A DNA stretch of 64,000 nt from Candidatus Krumholzibacteriia bacterium (GTDB lineage Bacteria; Krumholzibacteriota; Krumholzibacteriia; Krumholzibacteriales; Krumholzibacteriaceae): contig CAWIIQ010000001.1 of NCBI GenBank assembly GCA_963836185.1, forward strand, positions 992,001 through 1,056,000. Direction: 5' to 3'. Below are positions 9,899 through 20,257 of this stretch, piece by piece (within the stretch, counting starts at the first letter, position 1; each line of letters starts with the position of its first letter). The position numbers and the translations under genes were made by a program. The notes under the pieces were generated by a model. The model saw nothing but the letters and a program-made list of their open reading frames with translations, was not told the origin of the DNA and did no database searches.

Positions 9899-10654
9899 GT
9901 GAGACGCATTTATACAGCGATACTCTTTGCGGCTCTGGCTGCCTCGATAGCTTCGTGCGGCGGAGGGGGAAAGAGCGTCAGTACGGGGGAGCCGGCCAGT
10001 ACGGTTACCCACAAGGTCCTTCCCGGCGAGAGCTGGGAGTCGATCTCCGAGGATTTCTACGGTTCCACGGCCAGGGCGGAAGCGCTCGCGAATTTCAACG
10101 GAGCTGACCTGTCCGGGCAGCCGGCAGCGGGAAAGGGCATCAGTATTCCCCTGTCCCCCGATGACCTTGACATGCTGGATTCGAGACTGGATGCAGCCTC
10201 GATCTATAACGAGGGACTCGATCTGGTCGTAAATGGCAACTATGCAGGTGCCGTCGATAAATTCAGGGAAGCCCTGAAGCTGGACCCCGATCTTCACGAA
10301 GCGTCGTTCAATCTGGCCGTCACGTATCAGAAGCTCGGCCTTCAAAGCAATGCCGAGACCGTGCTCGAGGACCTCGTGACGAAAGAGCCGGGTAATGCCG
10401 AGTATTATTTCGCGCTGGGTAACGCGAGGTTTTACCAGGGTCACTACAGTAATGCCGCAAAGGCTTTTCGCCGGGCCCTCGACGTCGATCCGGGCTACCT
10501 GCGGGCGCTCTATTCTCTGGCGGTCTGCCAGGAGAAGATGGGCGATGAATCGAAGGCAATGGGGACATGGAGGAAATACCTCGAGCTTGATCCTGACAGC
10601 GAATGGGCTGACGAGGCAAGAGCGCGGCTCGGAACACTGGAAAAGAAGCGATGA
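9899..10654 (+). CDS. LysM- and TPR-containing lipoprotein
   Basis: Lipobox IASC, LysM-like HKVLPGESWESISEDFYG..ANFNG, then TPR repeats. GTG start at 9899. Confidence 0.75.
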   Translation: MRRIYTAILFAALAASIASCGGGGKSVSTGEPASTVTHKVLPGESWESISEDFYGSTARAEALANFNGADLSGQPAAGKGISIPLSPDDLDMLDSRLDAASIYNEGLDLVVNGNYAGAVDKFREALKLDPDLHEASFNLAVTYQKLGLQSNAETVLEDLVTKEPGNAEYYFALGNARFYQGHYSNAAKAFRRALDVDPGYLRALYSLAVCQEKMGDESKAMGTWRKYLELDPDSEWADEARARLGTLEKKR

Positions 10655-10754
10655 TCCTGTTCGCCGAGGACGTGCGGACAGTAAAATATAACAGAATGCG
10701 GATAACAAAAAGCAATGCGCTGTGGACAGTGATTCGGTAAGCAGGGAAGCGCGT

Positions 10755-10853
10755 ATGACAAGGGAGCAGATCACTGAGAAGGTCTCCTGGACCAAGACAT
10801 CTCTGGAAGTCGAAGGCAGGATGATCACTCTTACATCGGAGGAACGGGGATGA
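10755..10853 (+). CDS. possible 32-aa small protein coupled to the peptidase gene
   Basis: MTREQITEKVSWTKTSLEVEGRMITLTSEERG. Purine-rich upstream sequence; stop overlaps the next start as ATGA. Confidence 0.3.
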   Translation: MTREQITEKVSWTKTSLEVEGRMITLTSEERG

Positions 10854-12571
10854 AAGTCCGACTCCTGGAAGTGGCAATGATCATGGGCGCCGCCGCCACG
10901 GCTTTCAGTTCATGCGGTAAGGATGTGGAAATGGAATTCGGAATGTTCGTGGAAAAACATGTCAGGGAGGTATCGCCTCTTGAGAAAGAGGGGTCGATCG
11001 CCCATTGGAATGCTGCATTGAGCGGAACGGAAGAGGACTTCAGGAAGTACTCCGATATCAGGCTGAAGATGGAGAAGATTTACTCCGATAAAAGTTCGTT
11101 CGAACTGGTCCGTGACGCGCGAGATTCAGGCAAGCTCAAGGACCCTCTGGTGATAAGAATGGCGGAGGTCCTGTATCTCAGGTACCTGGGCAATCAGACC
11201 GATCCGCAGCTTCTCGAGAGCATCGTCAACCTCTCGGGGAAGGTGGAGAACAGGTTCAACGTCTTCAGGGCCGAGGTCGACGGCGAAAAACTTACATCCA
11301 ATGATGTCAACGCGGTCCTGCGGGAGAGTACGGACAGTGAATATCGAAGAGTCGTCTGGGAAGCGAGCAAGGCTGTTGGAAAAGAGGTCGTAGGCGATCT
11401 GCTGGAGCTTGTACGGTGGCGTAATGAAATGGCACGTGAAGCCGGATTCGACAACTATCATTCGATGTCGCTCGCTCTGAGCGAGCAGGACGAAGAGTCA
11501 CTCGCAGTGCTTTTCGACGAACTCGACGAACTGACAGCGGAACCATTCAGAATGTTGAAGGACGAGATCGATGGAAAACTGGCCGAACAGTTCGGGATAT
11601 CCGTGGACGATATCCGCCCGTGGCATTACAGCGATCCTTTCTTTCAGGAAACTCCCTCGGGAGGGATGGTCGGGCTCGACCGATATTTCAGTGAACGTGA
11701 CATAGTCGCCATCGCGGCTGATTTTTATGAAAGCATAGGAATGCCGGTCGGCGATGTGATCGCCGCGTCCGACCTCTATGAAAAGGAAGGCAAGAACCCG
11801 CACGCGTTCTGCACCGATATCGACAGGGATGGCGACATCAGGATACTCTGCAATGTGAAGGATAACATCTACTGGATGGAGACGATGCTTCACGAACTCG
11901 GGCATGCTGTCTACGACAAGTATATTCATCGTGACCTGACATGGCTGCTCAGGTCGTATCCTCATCTCGCGACAACCGAGGCTTCGGCGATGTATTTCGG
12001 CAGACTCGCCCAGGATCCGAACTGGATCGGGGCCGCGCTTGGGCTCGACCGTGAGGAGCAGGACAGGCTGGCGCCCATGGTCGAGAGTTCCCTTAGAGCG
12101 AGGCAGCTGATATTCACACGCTGGACTCAGGTGATGTTCCGTTTCGAGAAGGAGCTTTACAGAGATCCCGACGGTGACCTGAATACGATCTGGTGGGACC
12201 TGGTCGAGAAATACCAGCTTGTGCGTCGGCCCGATGGACGAGATGAGCCGGATTGGGCGGCGAAGATCCACATAGTATCGAGCCCCGTCTACTATCACAA
12301 CTATATGCTTGGCGAAATGATCGCCTCACAGTTTCACCACCATGTTCTGACAAAAATCGATGAAGGTGTGGCCGAACGGGGCATCTACGGCAACCTGGCT
12401 GTCGGAGAGTTCTTCCGCGAAAAGGTCTTCAGGCCGGGGAACATAGATCCCTGGACGGAGCACATCGAGAAGATCACGGGTGAACCCCTTCAGGCGAAGT
12501 ATTTCGTGGAACAGTTCGTATGGCGGAACGCGGGGCAGGACGGGGAGCGAAACGTGGGGGGCGGAGATTGA
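10850..12571 (+). CDS. M2/M3 family zinc metallopeptidase, probable lipoprotein
   Basis: HELGH motif with downstream EASA glutamate, PHAFCTDIDR, YYHNY, lipobox-like FSSC. Confidence 0.85.
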   Translation: MKVRLLEVAMIMGAAATAFSSCGKDVEMEFGMFVEKHVREVSPLEKEGSIAHWNAALSGTEEDFRKYSDIRLKMEKIYSDKSSFELVRDARDSGKLKDPLVIRMAEVLYLRYLGNQTDPQLLESIVNLSGKVENRFNVFRAEVDGEKLTSNDVNAVLRESTDSEYRRVVWEASKAVGKEVVGDLLELVRWRNEMAREAGFDNYHSMSLALSEQDEESLAVLFDELDELTAEPFRMLKDEIDGKLAEQFGISVDDIRPWHYSDPFFQETPSGGMVGLDRYFSERDIVAIAADFYESIGMPVGDVIAASDLYEKEGKNPHAFCTDIDRDGDIRILCNVKDNIYWMETMLHELGHAVYDKYIHRDLTWLLRSYPHLATTEASAMYFGRLAQDPNWIGAALGLDREEQDRLAPMVESSLRARQLIFTRWTQVMFRFEKELYRDPDGDLNTIWWDLVEKYQLVRRPDGRDEPDWAAKIHIVSSPVYYHNYMLGEMIASQFHHHVLTKIDEGVAERGIYGNLAVGEFFREKVFRPGNIDPWTEHIEKITGEPLQAKYFVEQFVWRNAGQDGERNVGGGD

Positions 12572-13410
12572 TCTGGCTTCTTCCCGCCGCGCTCTGTTCC
12601 ATCTCGATAGCGGCGATTCTCAAGATAAACGAACGACGCGGGGGAGACCGGCTGCTGCTGGCGGGTGCCAACTATTTGTTTGCCTCTGTACTTGCCTTCA
12701 TTATCCTTCGCGGCGGTGTGAGTCTGCCTTCCACCGGGACGCTTGTGCTCGGCGCCGTGACGGGTATCATCTACGTGCTGGGTTTTCTCCTTCTTATGGC
12801 CGGGATCGCCAAGGGGCCGCTCGCCGTTTCTGTAACGGTCATGCGTCTGTCTGTAGCTGTTCCTGTGGTAGTCGCGATATTTCTCTGGAATGAGACTCCC
12901 GGGCCGCTCCAGTGGGTAGGCCTTGCAGCAGGTTCTGTAGCGATCGTCCTCTTCGGGTTCGGCATTAAAGCCCAGGACGGGGACCGGCATACAGGAGCGG
13001 GATTCTGGATCCTGATGGTAACGATGTTTGCCGTCATGGGAACAGGTGATATCCTGCTCAAGGCATTCCGGGAGATGTCTCCCGATTCGGAAAGACTCGT
13101 GTTCACCTTCCTGTTGTTCACATCAGCCGCTGTTTTTACCTGGCTTGTGATCTTCATCCGCCGTGTTCCGTTCAACCGTTCAACATTCTTTCTGGGATTC
13201 CTTCTCGGAGTACCCAACCTGTTCAGCACAGTTTTCACTCTGCTGGCGCTTCGTGGAGTGCAGGCTTCGATAGCGTTTCCCTTTATAAATCTCACCGTTA
13301 TATTCGGATCGACTATTCTCGCTCTCGTAGCATGGAAAGAAAAACTCGGGCCCGTAGCTACGGCAGGGCTCGTAGTGGCGGCGCTGGCCCTGATCCTCCT
13401 GCCGATGTGA
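12568..13410 (+). CDS. EamA/DMT family transporter
   Basis: About 10 TM in two repeats ending LWNETP and WKEKL. TTG start overlapping the upstream stop. Confidence 0.75.
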   Translation: MIWLLPAALCSISIAAILKINERRGGDRLLLAGANYLFASVLAFIILRGGVSLPSTGTLVLGAVTGIIYVLGFLLLMAGIAKGPLAVSVTVMRLSVAVPVVVAIFLWNETPGPLQWVGLAAGSVAIVLFGFGIKAQDGDRHTGAGFWILMVTMFAVMGTGDILLKAFREMSPDSERLVFTFLLFTSAAVFTWLVIFIRRVPFNRSTFFLGFLLGVPNLFSTVFTLLALRGVQASIAFPFINLTVIFGSTILALVAWKEKLGPVATAGLVVAALALILLPM

Positions 13411-13656
13411 TCTTGCCTGATAGGCGGCGTCAAAGATCTCCCGGTAATTTACATAAATACAATAAGTTCCAGCGCAGCGTCGATATGCGGCCGAAGGTTC
13501 TGCGTGAAGTCCGATATTTTACGCATGAATCGACCAGTCGGTGCGTTTATATAGAGAGGAGGCCGGGATCGACCGGCTGTGAATCTCAGAGAACAAGGCC
13601 GTCCGGATGAATCCGCCGGAATGTAAAATGGCGGGACGGGGAAAGGACACTGACTG

Positions 13657-14364
13657 ATGAAGAAGATCTTGATACTTGCAATAGCTATTGCGGTCATACT
13701 GCCCTCAGCGGCTTCCGCAAAGGATCCAAGCCTTTTCAGCATATACCTCAAGGATCGCACCACGGAGAATTTCCTGAAGGCGTTCGAACATTATGAGAGC
13801 CTGAGAGCGGATACTGCCAATTACAGCGCCGCTGTAATACTGGCCTACATGAGTCTTATCGAGCTTGAGAAGAATCTCGGGATGCTTGAAGAGAATATGG
13901 ATGATCTGACAAACAAGAATATGTTCAGCTATGCGAACATCCTTCTCGAGCTTGACAGGTACGATGAATCTATCGCCATCTACGAGGTCCTCAATGAGAA
14001 GACCCCCAAGTGGTCATGCCCCTGGCGCCACAAGGGAGAGGCACTCTGGAAGAAGGGCGACCTTGACGGCGCAGTCATAGCGCTTAACAAGGCGATCGAG
14101 ACTCGTGAGACTCACTACGATGCTTATGTGATGCTTGCTGAGGTCTACAATGATCTGGACGAGTGTGAAACAGCTCTCGAGACTCTTGAAAAGGGGCTTA
14201 CATATTACGGCAAGGATATCGAGGATCCCGAAAAGGAAGTCTCGAATATTGATGTCGCTTTTCTGCACCTCGAGCTCCTCGAGAAGTGCGGCGATAAGGC
14301 TGACTACGACGAGCTTCTTGAGAAGATCAAGAGCATCGCTCCGGATGACGAGCGATTGAAATAG
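13657..14364 (+). CDS. exported tetratricopeptide repeat protein
   Basis: Signal peptide (AASA-K) and TPR-pattern helices. Confidence 0.75.
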   Translation: MKKILILAIAIAVILPSAASAKDPSLFSIYLKDRTTENFLKAFEHYESLRADTANYSAAVILAYMSLIELEKNLGMLEENMDDLTNKNMFSYANILLELDRYDESIAIYEVLNEKTPKWSCPWRHKGEALWKKGDLDGAVIALNKAIETRETHYDAYVMLAEVYNDLDECETALETLEKGLTYYGKDIEDPEKEVSNIDVAFLHLELLEKCGDKADYDELLEKIKSIAPDDERLK

Positions 14365-14395
14365 ATTTTCACCTCAGCGGACCGTTGGTGAAATT

Positions 14396-14427
14396 GGGCG
14401 TGCCGGTCGGCGGCGCGCCCCTTTTTT
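14396..14427 (+). terminator. intrinsic terminator
   Basis: GGGCGTGCCG/CGGCGCGCCC stem followed by a T6 tract. Confidence 0.75.
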
Positions 14428-14577
14428 ATATCTCATGGTATTCTGAATGGCTATATTGGGGGAGTGTGAACCTGGATCTTGATACGAGGTGTCGGGGCGC
14501 TTCTCGCGCCCTGATTTTCATGATTCTTGCATGAATCCATATAAATGTGCCGGCAACGCCTGCAAGGGGGATATGAG

Positions 14578-15507
14578 ATGAGTAAAACGACTAAATACAA
14601 AGCACTTATGATTGTTGTGGCCGTGGCGGGCCTGATGTTCATGTCGTGCAGTTCCGACGATGCATCGCCGACTTCTGTCAAAGATGACGATGATAACGGT
14701 GGAACCGGAGGAGGAGATATCAGCATGATTATGGATCATACATGCTGCGATATATCGGCTGTTCCGCGCTCGGCCATCCAGGGCGCAATCGACAATCTCC
14801 ACATCGCCTATGGGCATACGTCTCACGGGAGTCAGCTCACTACGGGTATGGACCGGCTGGCGAATTTCCTGGGCGACGACCTGTATAATTACAGCAACGG
14901 AGGCGTGGACGGGACACTCGATCTGCATGACTATGCTTTCAATTCGTACGGTGCGACTGATCTGGGCGCTCCCGACCGGACGACATGGGCTACGGCGACG
15001 AGAGGCTATCTCGACGATAATCCTGATGTAAACGTGGTGATATGGTCGTGGTGCGGCCAGGTGAGTTCTGCTACTGCGCAGGATATTCAGACATACCTCG
15101 ATCTGATGAACCAGCTGGAGATAGACTACCCCGCCGTTGCTTTCGTCTACATGACAGGGCATCTGGACGGATCAGGTGAGACCGGTAATCTTCACCTGAG
15201 GAACGAACAGATCCGGGCGTACTGTGAAGCTAACGACAAAATACTTTATGACTTCGCTGACATTGAATCGTACGATCCGGACGGTGCCTACTATCTCGAT
15301 ATGGCTGCCAACGACGCCTGCGAGTACGACAGTGACAGCAACGGGTCTCGTGAATCGAACTGGGCGATCGACTGGCAGAACGCCCACACGGTCGATGTCG
15401 ATTGGTACAGCTGTAATTCCGCGCACAGTCAGCCTCTCAACGCGAATCGCAAGGCGTATGCTGCCTGGCACCTGTGGGCGAGGCTCGGAGGTTGGGACGG
15501 CGAATAA
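14578..15507 (+). CDS. uncharacterised lipoprotein (possible SGNH-like fold)
   Basis: Lipobox FMSC, D/G-rich linker, then a domain with AYGHTSHGSQ, WSWCGQ, YMTGHLDG, DFADIES, AHS. Confidence 0.75.
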   Translation: MSKTTKYKALMIVVAVAGLMFMSCSSDDASPTSVKDDDDNGGTGGGDISMIMDHTCCDISAVPRSAIQGAIDNLHIAYGHTSHGSQLTTGMDRLANFLGDDLYNYSNGGVDGTLDLHDYAFNSYGATDLGAPDRTTWATATRGYLDDNPDVNVVIWSWCGQVSSATAQDIQTYLDLMNQLEIDYPAVAFVYMTGHLDGSGETGNLHLRNEQIRAYCEANDKILYDFADIESYDPDGAYYLDMAANDACEYDSDSNGSRESNWAIDWQNAHTVDVDWYSCNSAHSQPLNANRKAYAAWHLWARLGGWDGE

Positions 15508-15522
15508 ACATTCGACTATATG

Positions 15523-15596
15523 CAGTGAACGGTGACCGAAATGTTCACTGAAATACCGTGAGCGGGCACTGACAGGTTCACTGAAATACAGTGTAA
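15523..15596. repeat. 33-bp tandem palindromic units (about 2.3 copies)
   Basis: CAGTGAAC-N12-GTTCACTG-AAATA. GTTCACTGAAATAC is exact at 15543-15556 and 15576-15589. Confidence 0.7.
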
Positions 15597-15604
15597 AAGT
15601 AAAC

Positions 15605-15660
15605 AAAGCCCCCTATAATCGGTTTCGTATCAGATGATATGAAACTGTAAGGGGGCTTTT
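15605..15660 (+). promoter_or_regulatory. long hairpin covering the RBS of the DsrE gene; contains a TATAAT box
   Basis: AAAGCCCCCT/AGGGGGCTTT 10-bp outer stem, GGTTTCGTATC/GATATGAAACT inner stem, TATAAT at 15614-15619. Confidence 0.5.
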
Positions 15661-15661
15661 C

Positions 15662-16102
15662 ATGAGGCATCGTTCCGTTTTCGCGATACTCCTGCTTCTT
15701 CTTGTCGTTTTCTTTGCTTCGACTGCTGTTGTCACCACAAATTCAAATGAAGTGTCCGGAAAGAACCGCATATCAATTCTCTGGACCAGCGGTGATCCGG
15801 CGGTAGCAGAGCATGTCGTGATGCCGTATTCATTCTATTCAAAGAAGGCCGGCTGGTTCGACGACGTTCGGCTGATAGTCTGGGGACCGTCTTCGAAGCT
15901 ATTGTCCGAAAATGAAGACTTGCAGAAAAAGATCGTCGAATTGCAGGAGGCCGGCGTGAAAGTAGAAGCATGTGTAATGTGCGCTGACTCTTATGGTGTT
16001 AGCGATAAGTTCAGAGAGATGGGTATCGAAGTGATACCTATGGGCCAGCCCCTTTCCGATCGCCTGAAGTCGGACGGTGAGTGGAAGGTAATAACGTTCT
16101 GA
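15662..16102 (+). CDS. DsrE family protein with signal peptide
   Basis: VRLIVWGPS and VEACVMCADSYGV motifs. Confidence 0.75.
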   Translation: MRHRSVFAILLLLLVVFFASTAVVTTNSNEVSGKNRISILWTSGDPAVAEHVVMPYSFYSKKAGWFDDVRLIVWGPSSKLLSENEDLQKKIVELQEAGVKVEACVMCADSYGVSDKFREMGIEVIPMGQPLSDRLKSDGEWKVITF

Positions 16103-16121
16103 TAACAGGAAAGGATTTCGC

Positions 16122-16998
16122 ATGTACTGGTCCGGTTACACTCGCAGGATCATTTTGATCCTGGCCCTGTTCACAGTCTTATCCGTTGTAACCACCTCTC
16201 CTTCAGGAGCTTTTCACCTTGTGAAAAAGTGGGCCACGGATCCGGTCTTTGACGTGCCTGAATCAGTGTGCTGGGATTTCGACAGGGAGATCCTCTACGT
16301 TTCGAATATAGCCGGCAATCCGGGTGAGAAGGACGGCGAGGGATTCATCTCCAGGGTCTCGATAGATGGGGAAGTGAAAAAGCTCAGATGGGTCACAGGA
16401 CTGAACGCCCCAAAGGGAATGGCTGTTTACGGCGGAAAGATATATGTAAGCGATATCGATGAACTCGCCGTGATCGATATCAGAACGGACAAGGTGGTAG
16501 AGCGTTATCCGGCAGAGGGAGCTGTCTTTCTCAATGACGTCGCGGCAGACAGGAAAGGAAACATCTACGTATCCGATTCATCCAGAGGGAACAGCGTCAT
16601 CTACAGGTTCGCGGATGGAGAACTCGAAGTCTGGTTGCGGCACAAGGATATACAGAGTCCCAACGGGTTGTTCGTCGACGGCAATCGGCTCGTGGTGGGG
16701 AACTCGGGAGATGCCACGACTCAAGGCCGTGGATCTCAAGAGCAAAAAGGTTACAACAGCTGTAAATGTAGGGTCGTCGGTCGACGGCGTGAAGGTCGAT
16801 TCAAAGGGGAATTATATCGTTACAGACTGGAAAGGCAGAACTGCCCTGATAGAGCCCGAAGGCGGGATATATATACTCATCGATACAAGGTCGGAGGGGG
16901 TAAATGCCGCTGATATAGAACTCGTGGACGAATATGACATGGTAGTGATCCCGACCTTTTCGGATAATCGGGTCGTAGCGACAAAACTTATCTATTGA
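16122..16998 (+). pseudogene. SMP-30/gluconolactonase-like beta-propeller protein, frameshifted
   Basis: PES, LNAPKGM, FLNDV, PNGL, DG motifs split over two frames. Removing one base at about 16719 gives a 291-aa ORF (GDAT-LKAVD). Confidence 0.75.
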
Positions 16999-17010
16999 AA
17001 GGAAATCGCG

Positions 17011-17430
17011 ATGAAGAGTTACCGCAAGGAATTGTGGTTCAGTATACCGACAAGAAGGGCGATGATAAACATCACTCCGCATGTTGACGAATGCCTGGCA
17101 GAGAGCGGGATATCGGAAGGACTCTGCCTTGTCAACGCGATGCATATTACTGCATCTGTATTCATAAACGATGACGAGAGTGGATTACATTCAGATTACG
17201 AGCAATGGCTGGAGAAGCTTGCTCCACACGAGCCGGTCAGTGCGTACCGTCACAATCGTACGGGTGAGGATAATGGTGACGCGCACCTGAAACGGCAGGT
17301 GATGGGACGTGAGGTAGTGGTTGCCGTTACTGAGGGAGCGCTTGATTTCGGGCCCTGGGAGCAGATCTTCTACGGAGAATTCGACGGTCGCCGTAAAAAA
17401 CGAGTATTGGTAAAGATTATCGGGGAATAA
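17011..17430 (+). CDS. yjbQ: YjbQ/UPF0047 family protein
   Basis: [37 protein letters not shown]. Confidence 0.92.
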   Translation: MKSYRKELWFSIPTRRAMINITPHVDECLAESGISEGLCLVNAMHITASVFINDDESGLHSDYEQWLEKLAPHEPVSAYRHNRTGEDNGDAHLKRQVMGREVVVAVTEGALDFGPWEQIFYGEFDGRRKKRVLVKIIGE

Positions 17431-18859
17431 GGACATTCAAGCGCCAGCTGCCTGCGTAAGGTCTTGTGTGCTGAATCAAGTGCTGGCACCGGGCAGGTTC
17501 GTTCCAGCGTCCAATCGATCTCTTGGCTTGTTTGATGGAACTTTGCCATATGCTTTCCGGCATAATCTTCACCGGATTCCTTGACATACTGCTCCATGTG
17601 CTTCTTTCCGTAGGCCCTCTCGGCCTCGAGCCGGTTGTGCTTCCCGCACAGCAGCCTGAGATTCTCCGGTGAGTCGTCCCCGCCCCTGGCAAAGGGGACC
17701 TTGTGGTCTATCTGCAGGTCCCAGGTAGACCCGCATCTCCTGCCGCCGGGGGAGACAAAGGAACATCGTCCCCTGTCCCTGGCGTATACCTCGTCACGGA
17801 CCTTCCGGGGGATATACCGCGATTGATCAGGGGCCCTGTCTGACCTGGGATCCTGTATGTTCGATTTTACGGCAGCAGGCAACGACGATCCCTTCTCGGT
17901 CCTCTTCTCCCTCTTCTCTTTTCTCCTGATCCTCCCCTCAGGGCTTTGTCTTTCGATGTACTCGTCCATCAGAAGAGAGAAGAGCTCGCCCAGCTCAAGA
18001 TGCCTGTGATACTTCGAGGAGAGAAGAGAACGGACCCTCTCGACCTTTCGCATGAAGTCGGGGTCCGCTCCGAACGTGACCTTCAGCCTCTCCTCGAAAA
18101 CCACTGTCTGCGCGGCGAAGGGCCTGCTGCCAGTATCAGGGCTGGCTGCCGGCCCTTCGCCGCTGCCAGCTCTGCTCCCCTTCGAAGTGGCAGGATTTTT
18201 ACCGCCACCGGTGGCGGTGGAGAATTTACCACCCCCGTCTAACGTGTTGTCTCCGAGGCTGTTGCGATCGTATCGTCTTGTCTCCGTCACTCTTACGGCA
18301 CAGTCTTGTCTCCGCTGCTCTTGCGATCGTCGTCTTTTACAGCTAGCAGCGTTTTTACATATACAGGGGTGACCCTGTCTCGGATAGCGCTCTTAGGCCT
18401 GCGGCTGCTGACAAGAAGCTCGACCTCTCTCTTCGAGGCTCCCTCTATCCGGCAAAGAAGATCAGAGACATTCTCCGGGGTCATGATCCTGGTGACCATC
18501 GCGAGGTTGGTCATGCTGACCTTCCCGCAGGAGAGCGAGCGGTAGACAGCCGGGTAGTCCCTGATGCACCTGGCGATACTTATCCTCCTGCTGGCCGTGG
18601 ACTCGGAGTATCCGAGACGCTCCGTGCAGAACTCATAGAGAGAGCTGAAGCCGAGAGGAAGATAGAGCTTTCTTCTGTCTATCTCGATCAGGTGGACGAG
18701 GATAGAAAGCACGGTCTTTCTCTCAGTCTCAGAGAGCTTACGTATACCGGATAGAAGGGCCCTGTTTGAGACAGACTTCAGGGCTTTTACTTCCGGGATG
18801 GTCTTTGTGGATCTACTGCTGGAACGGATCGAGCTCTTCGTCGTCCTCATCATCGTCAC
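17370..18859 (-). pseudogene. HNH endonuclease with long N-terminal domain, split into two ORFs
   Basis: N-terminal part (LGFSSLYEFC..LGYSE..A.RRI) and C-terminal part (RYIP..VR.EV..RD.GRC..C...LQIDH..PFA.GG....NLRLLC..HN) are one family architecture, broken near 18270-18300. Confidence 0.8.
18201..18218. repeat. perfect 18-bp palindrome inside the HNH gene
   Basis: ACCGCCACC|GGTGGCGGT. Confidence 0.85.
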
Positions 18860-19356
18860 CTCCGGGTGAGATCAGGTATTTATCTCTGCCCCCCATTTGC
18901 CCTCTCCATCTGAGGACATTATAACACGGACTTCTGGCGGCAAAACAGATGGCCCGTGGCGCCTCGACAGGGGCCGGGATAAGCCGGATGCTCGGAATCT
19001 TCGAGAGAGGCGAAGAGAGGGGCGCTGAGGTCCGCCTGGCGGCGTAATCTACGGCGGGCACGCAGGTTGGAGAATCGGGCCCGAAAAAGCCGTCAAGGAT
19101 TATTTTTGGTTTTTGGGGAATATTATTGATTGTTTTGAGGATTACTTTTGGGTTTTCCGACGACTATTCTGGAGTTATCTGGAGTGCTTTTGGGGTTTCG
19201 GGATTGCTTTGGGATCTTCGCGGGATATTTCGAGGAGGAGCGGGTTTGAATCCGGGGGAAGCCAGTGCTGGCTCGGGATAAAGACGAGGAAAAGGTATTT
19301 AAAAGCGCTTCGCTGCCCTTTTTCTCCCTCTTTTCGCGAACGGGAAGAGAAAGTGG

Positions 19357-19385
19357 TTGCAACCGGACCGGCCACTGTATACTAT
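19357..19385 (+). promoter_or_regulatory. sigma70-type promoter of the pyr operon
   Basis: TTGCAA-N17-TACTAT directly upstream of the PyrR leader. Confidence 0.6.
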
Positions 19386-19397
19386 CCCTGTGATTCA

Positions 19398-19483
19398 CCT
19401 TTTAATCTGGTCCGGGAGGCCAGGAAAGGGACGCTTTAAGGACCCGCGTATCCATTCTGCCCTCCGGCCGAATGGTTTTTTTT
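19398..19483 (+). promoter_or_regulatory. PyrR-binding leader / transcription attenuator
   Basis: CCTTTTAA-TCTGGTCCGGGAGGCCAG-GAAAGG resembles the PyrR binding loop. Terminator CCATTC.GCC/GGC.GAATGG plus T8 at 19452-19483. GGAGG/CAGGA can alternatively pair with TTCTG/CCTCC (antiterminator). Confidence 0.85.
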
Positions 19484-19485
19484 AG

Positions 19486-20223
<738 letters not shown>

Positions 20224-20257
20224 CCGTGTCATGAACGAAGAGAAGTCACAAGGAGGC

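Noticed and set aside
15523-15596. CRISPR array (repeat begins GTTCACTG, like type I-F repeats)
   Set aside because: Only about two units, 12-nt spacers, and no cas genes in the window.
13657-17430. Integron cassette array of short same-strand genes
   Set aside because: No attC-like RYYYAAC...GTTRRRY sites recognised between the genes, and no integrase.
19113-19439. 108-aa ORF and antisense ORFs in the HNH-pyrR gap
   Set aside because: Low-complexity translation, no RBS, and overlap with the pyr promoter and leader.
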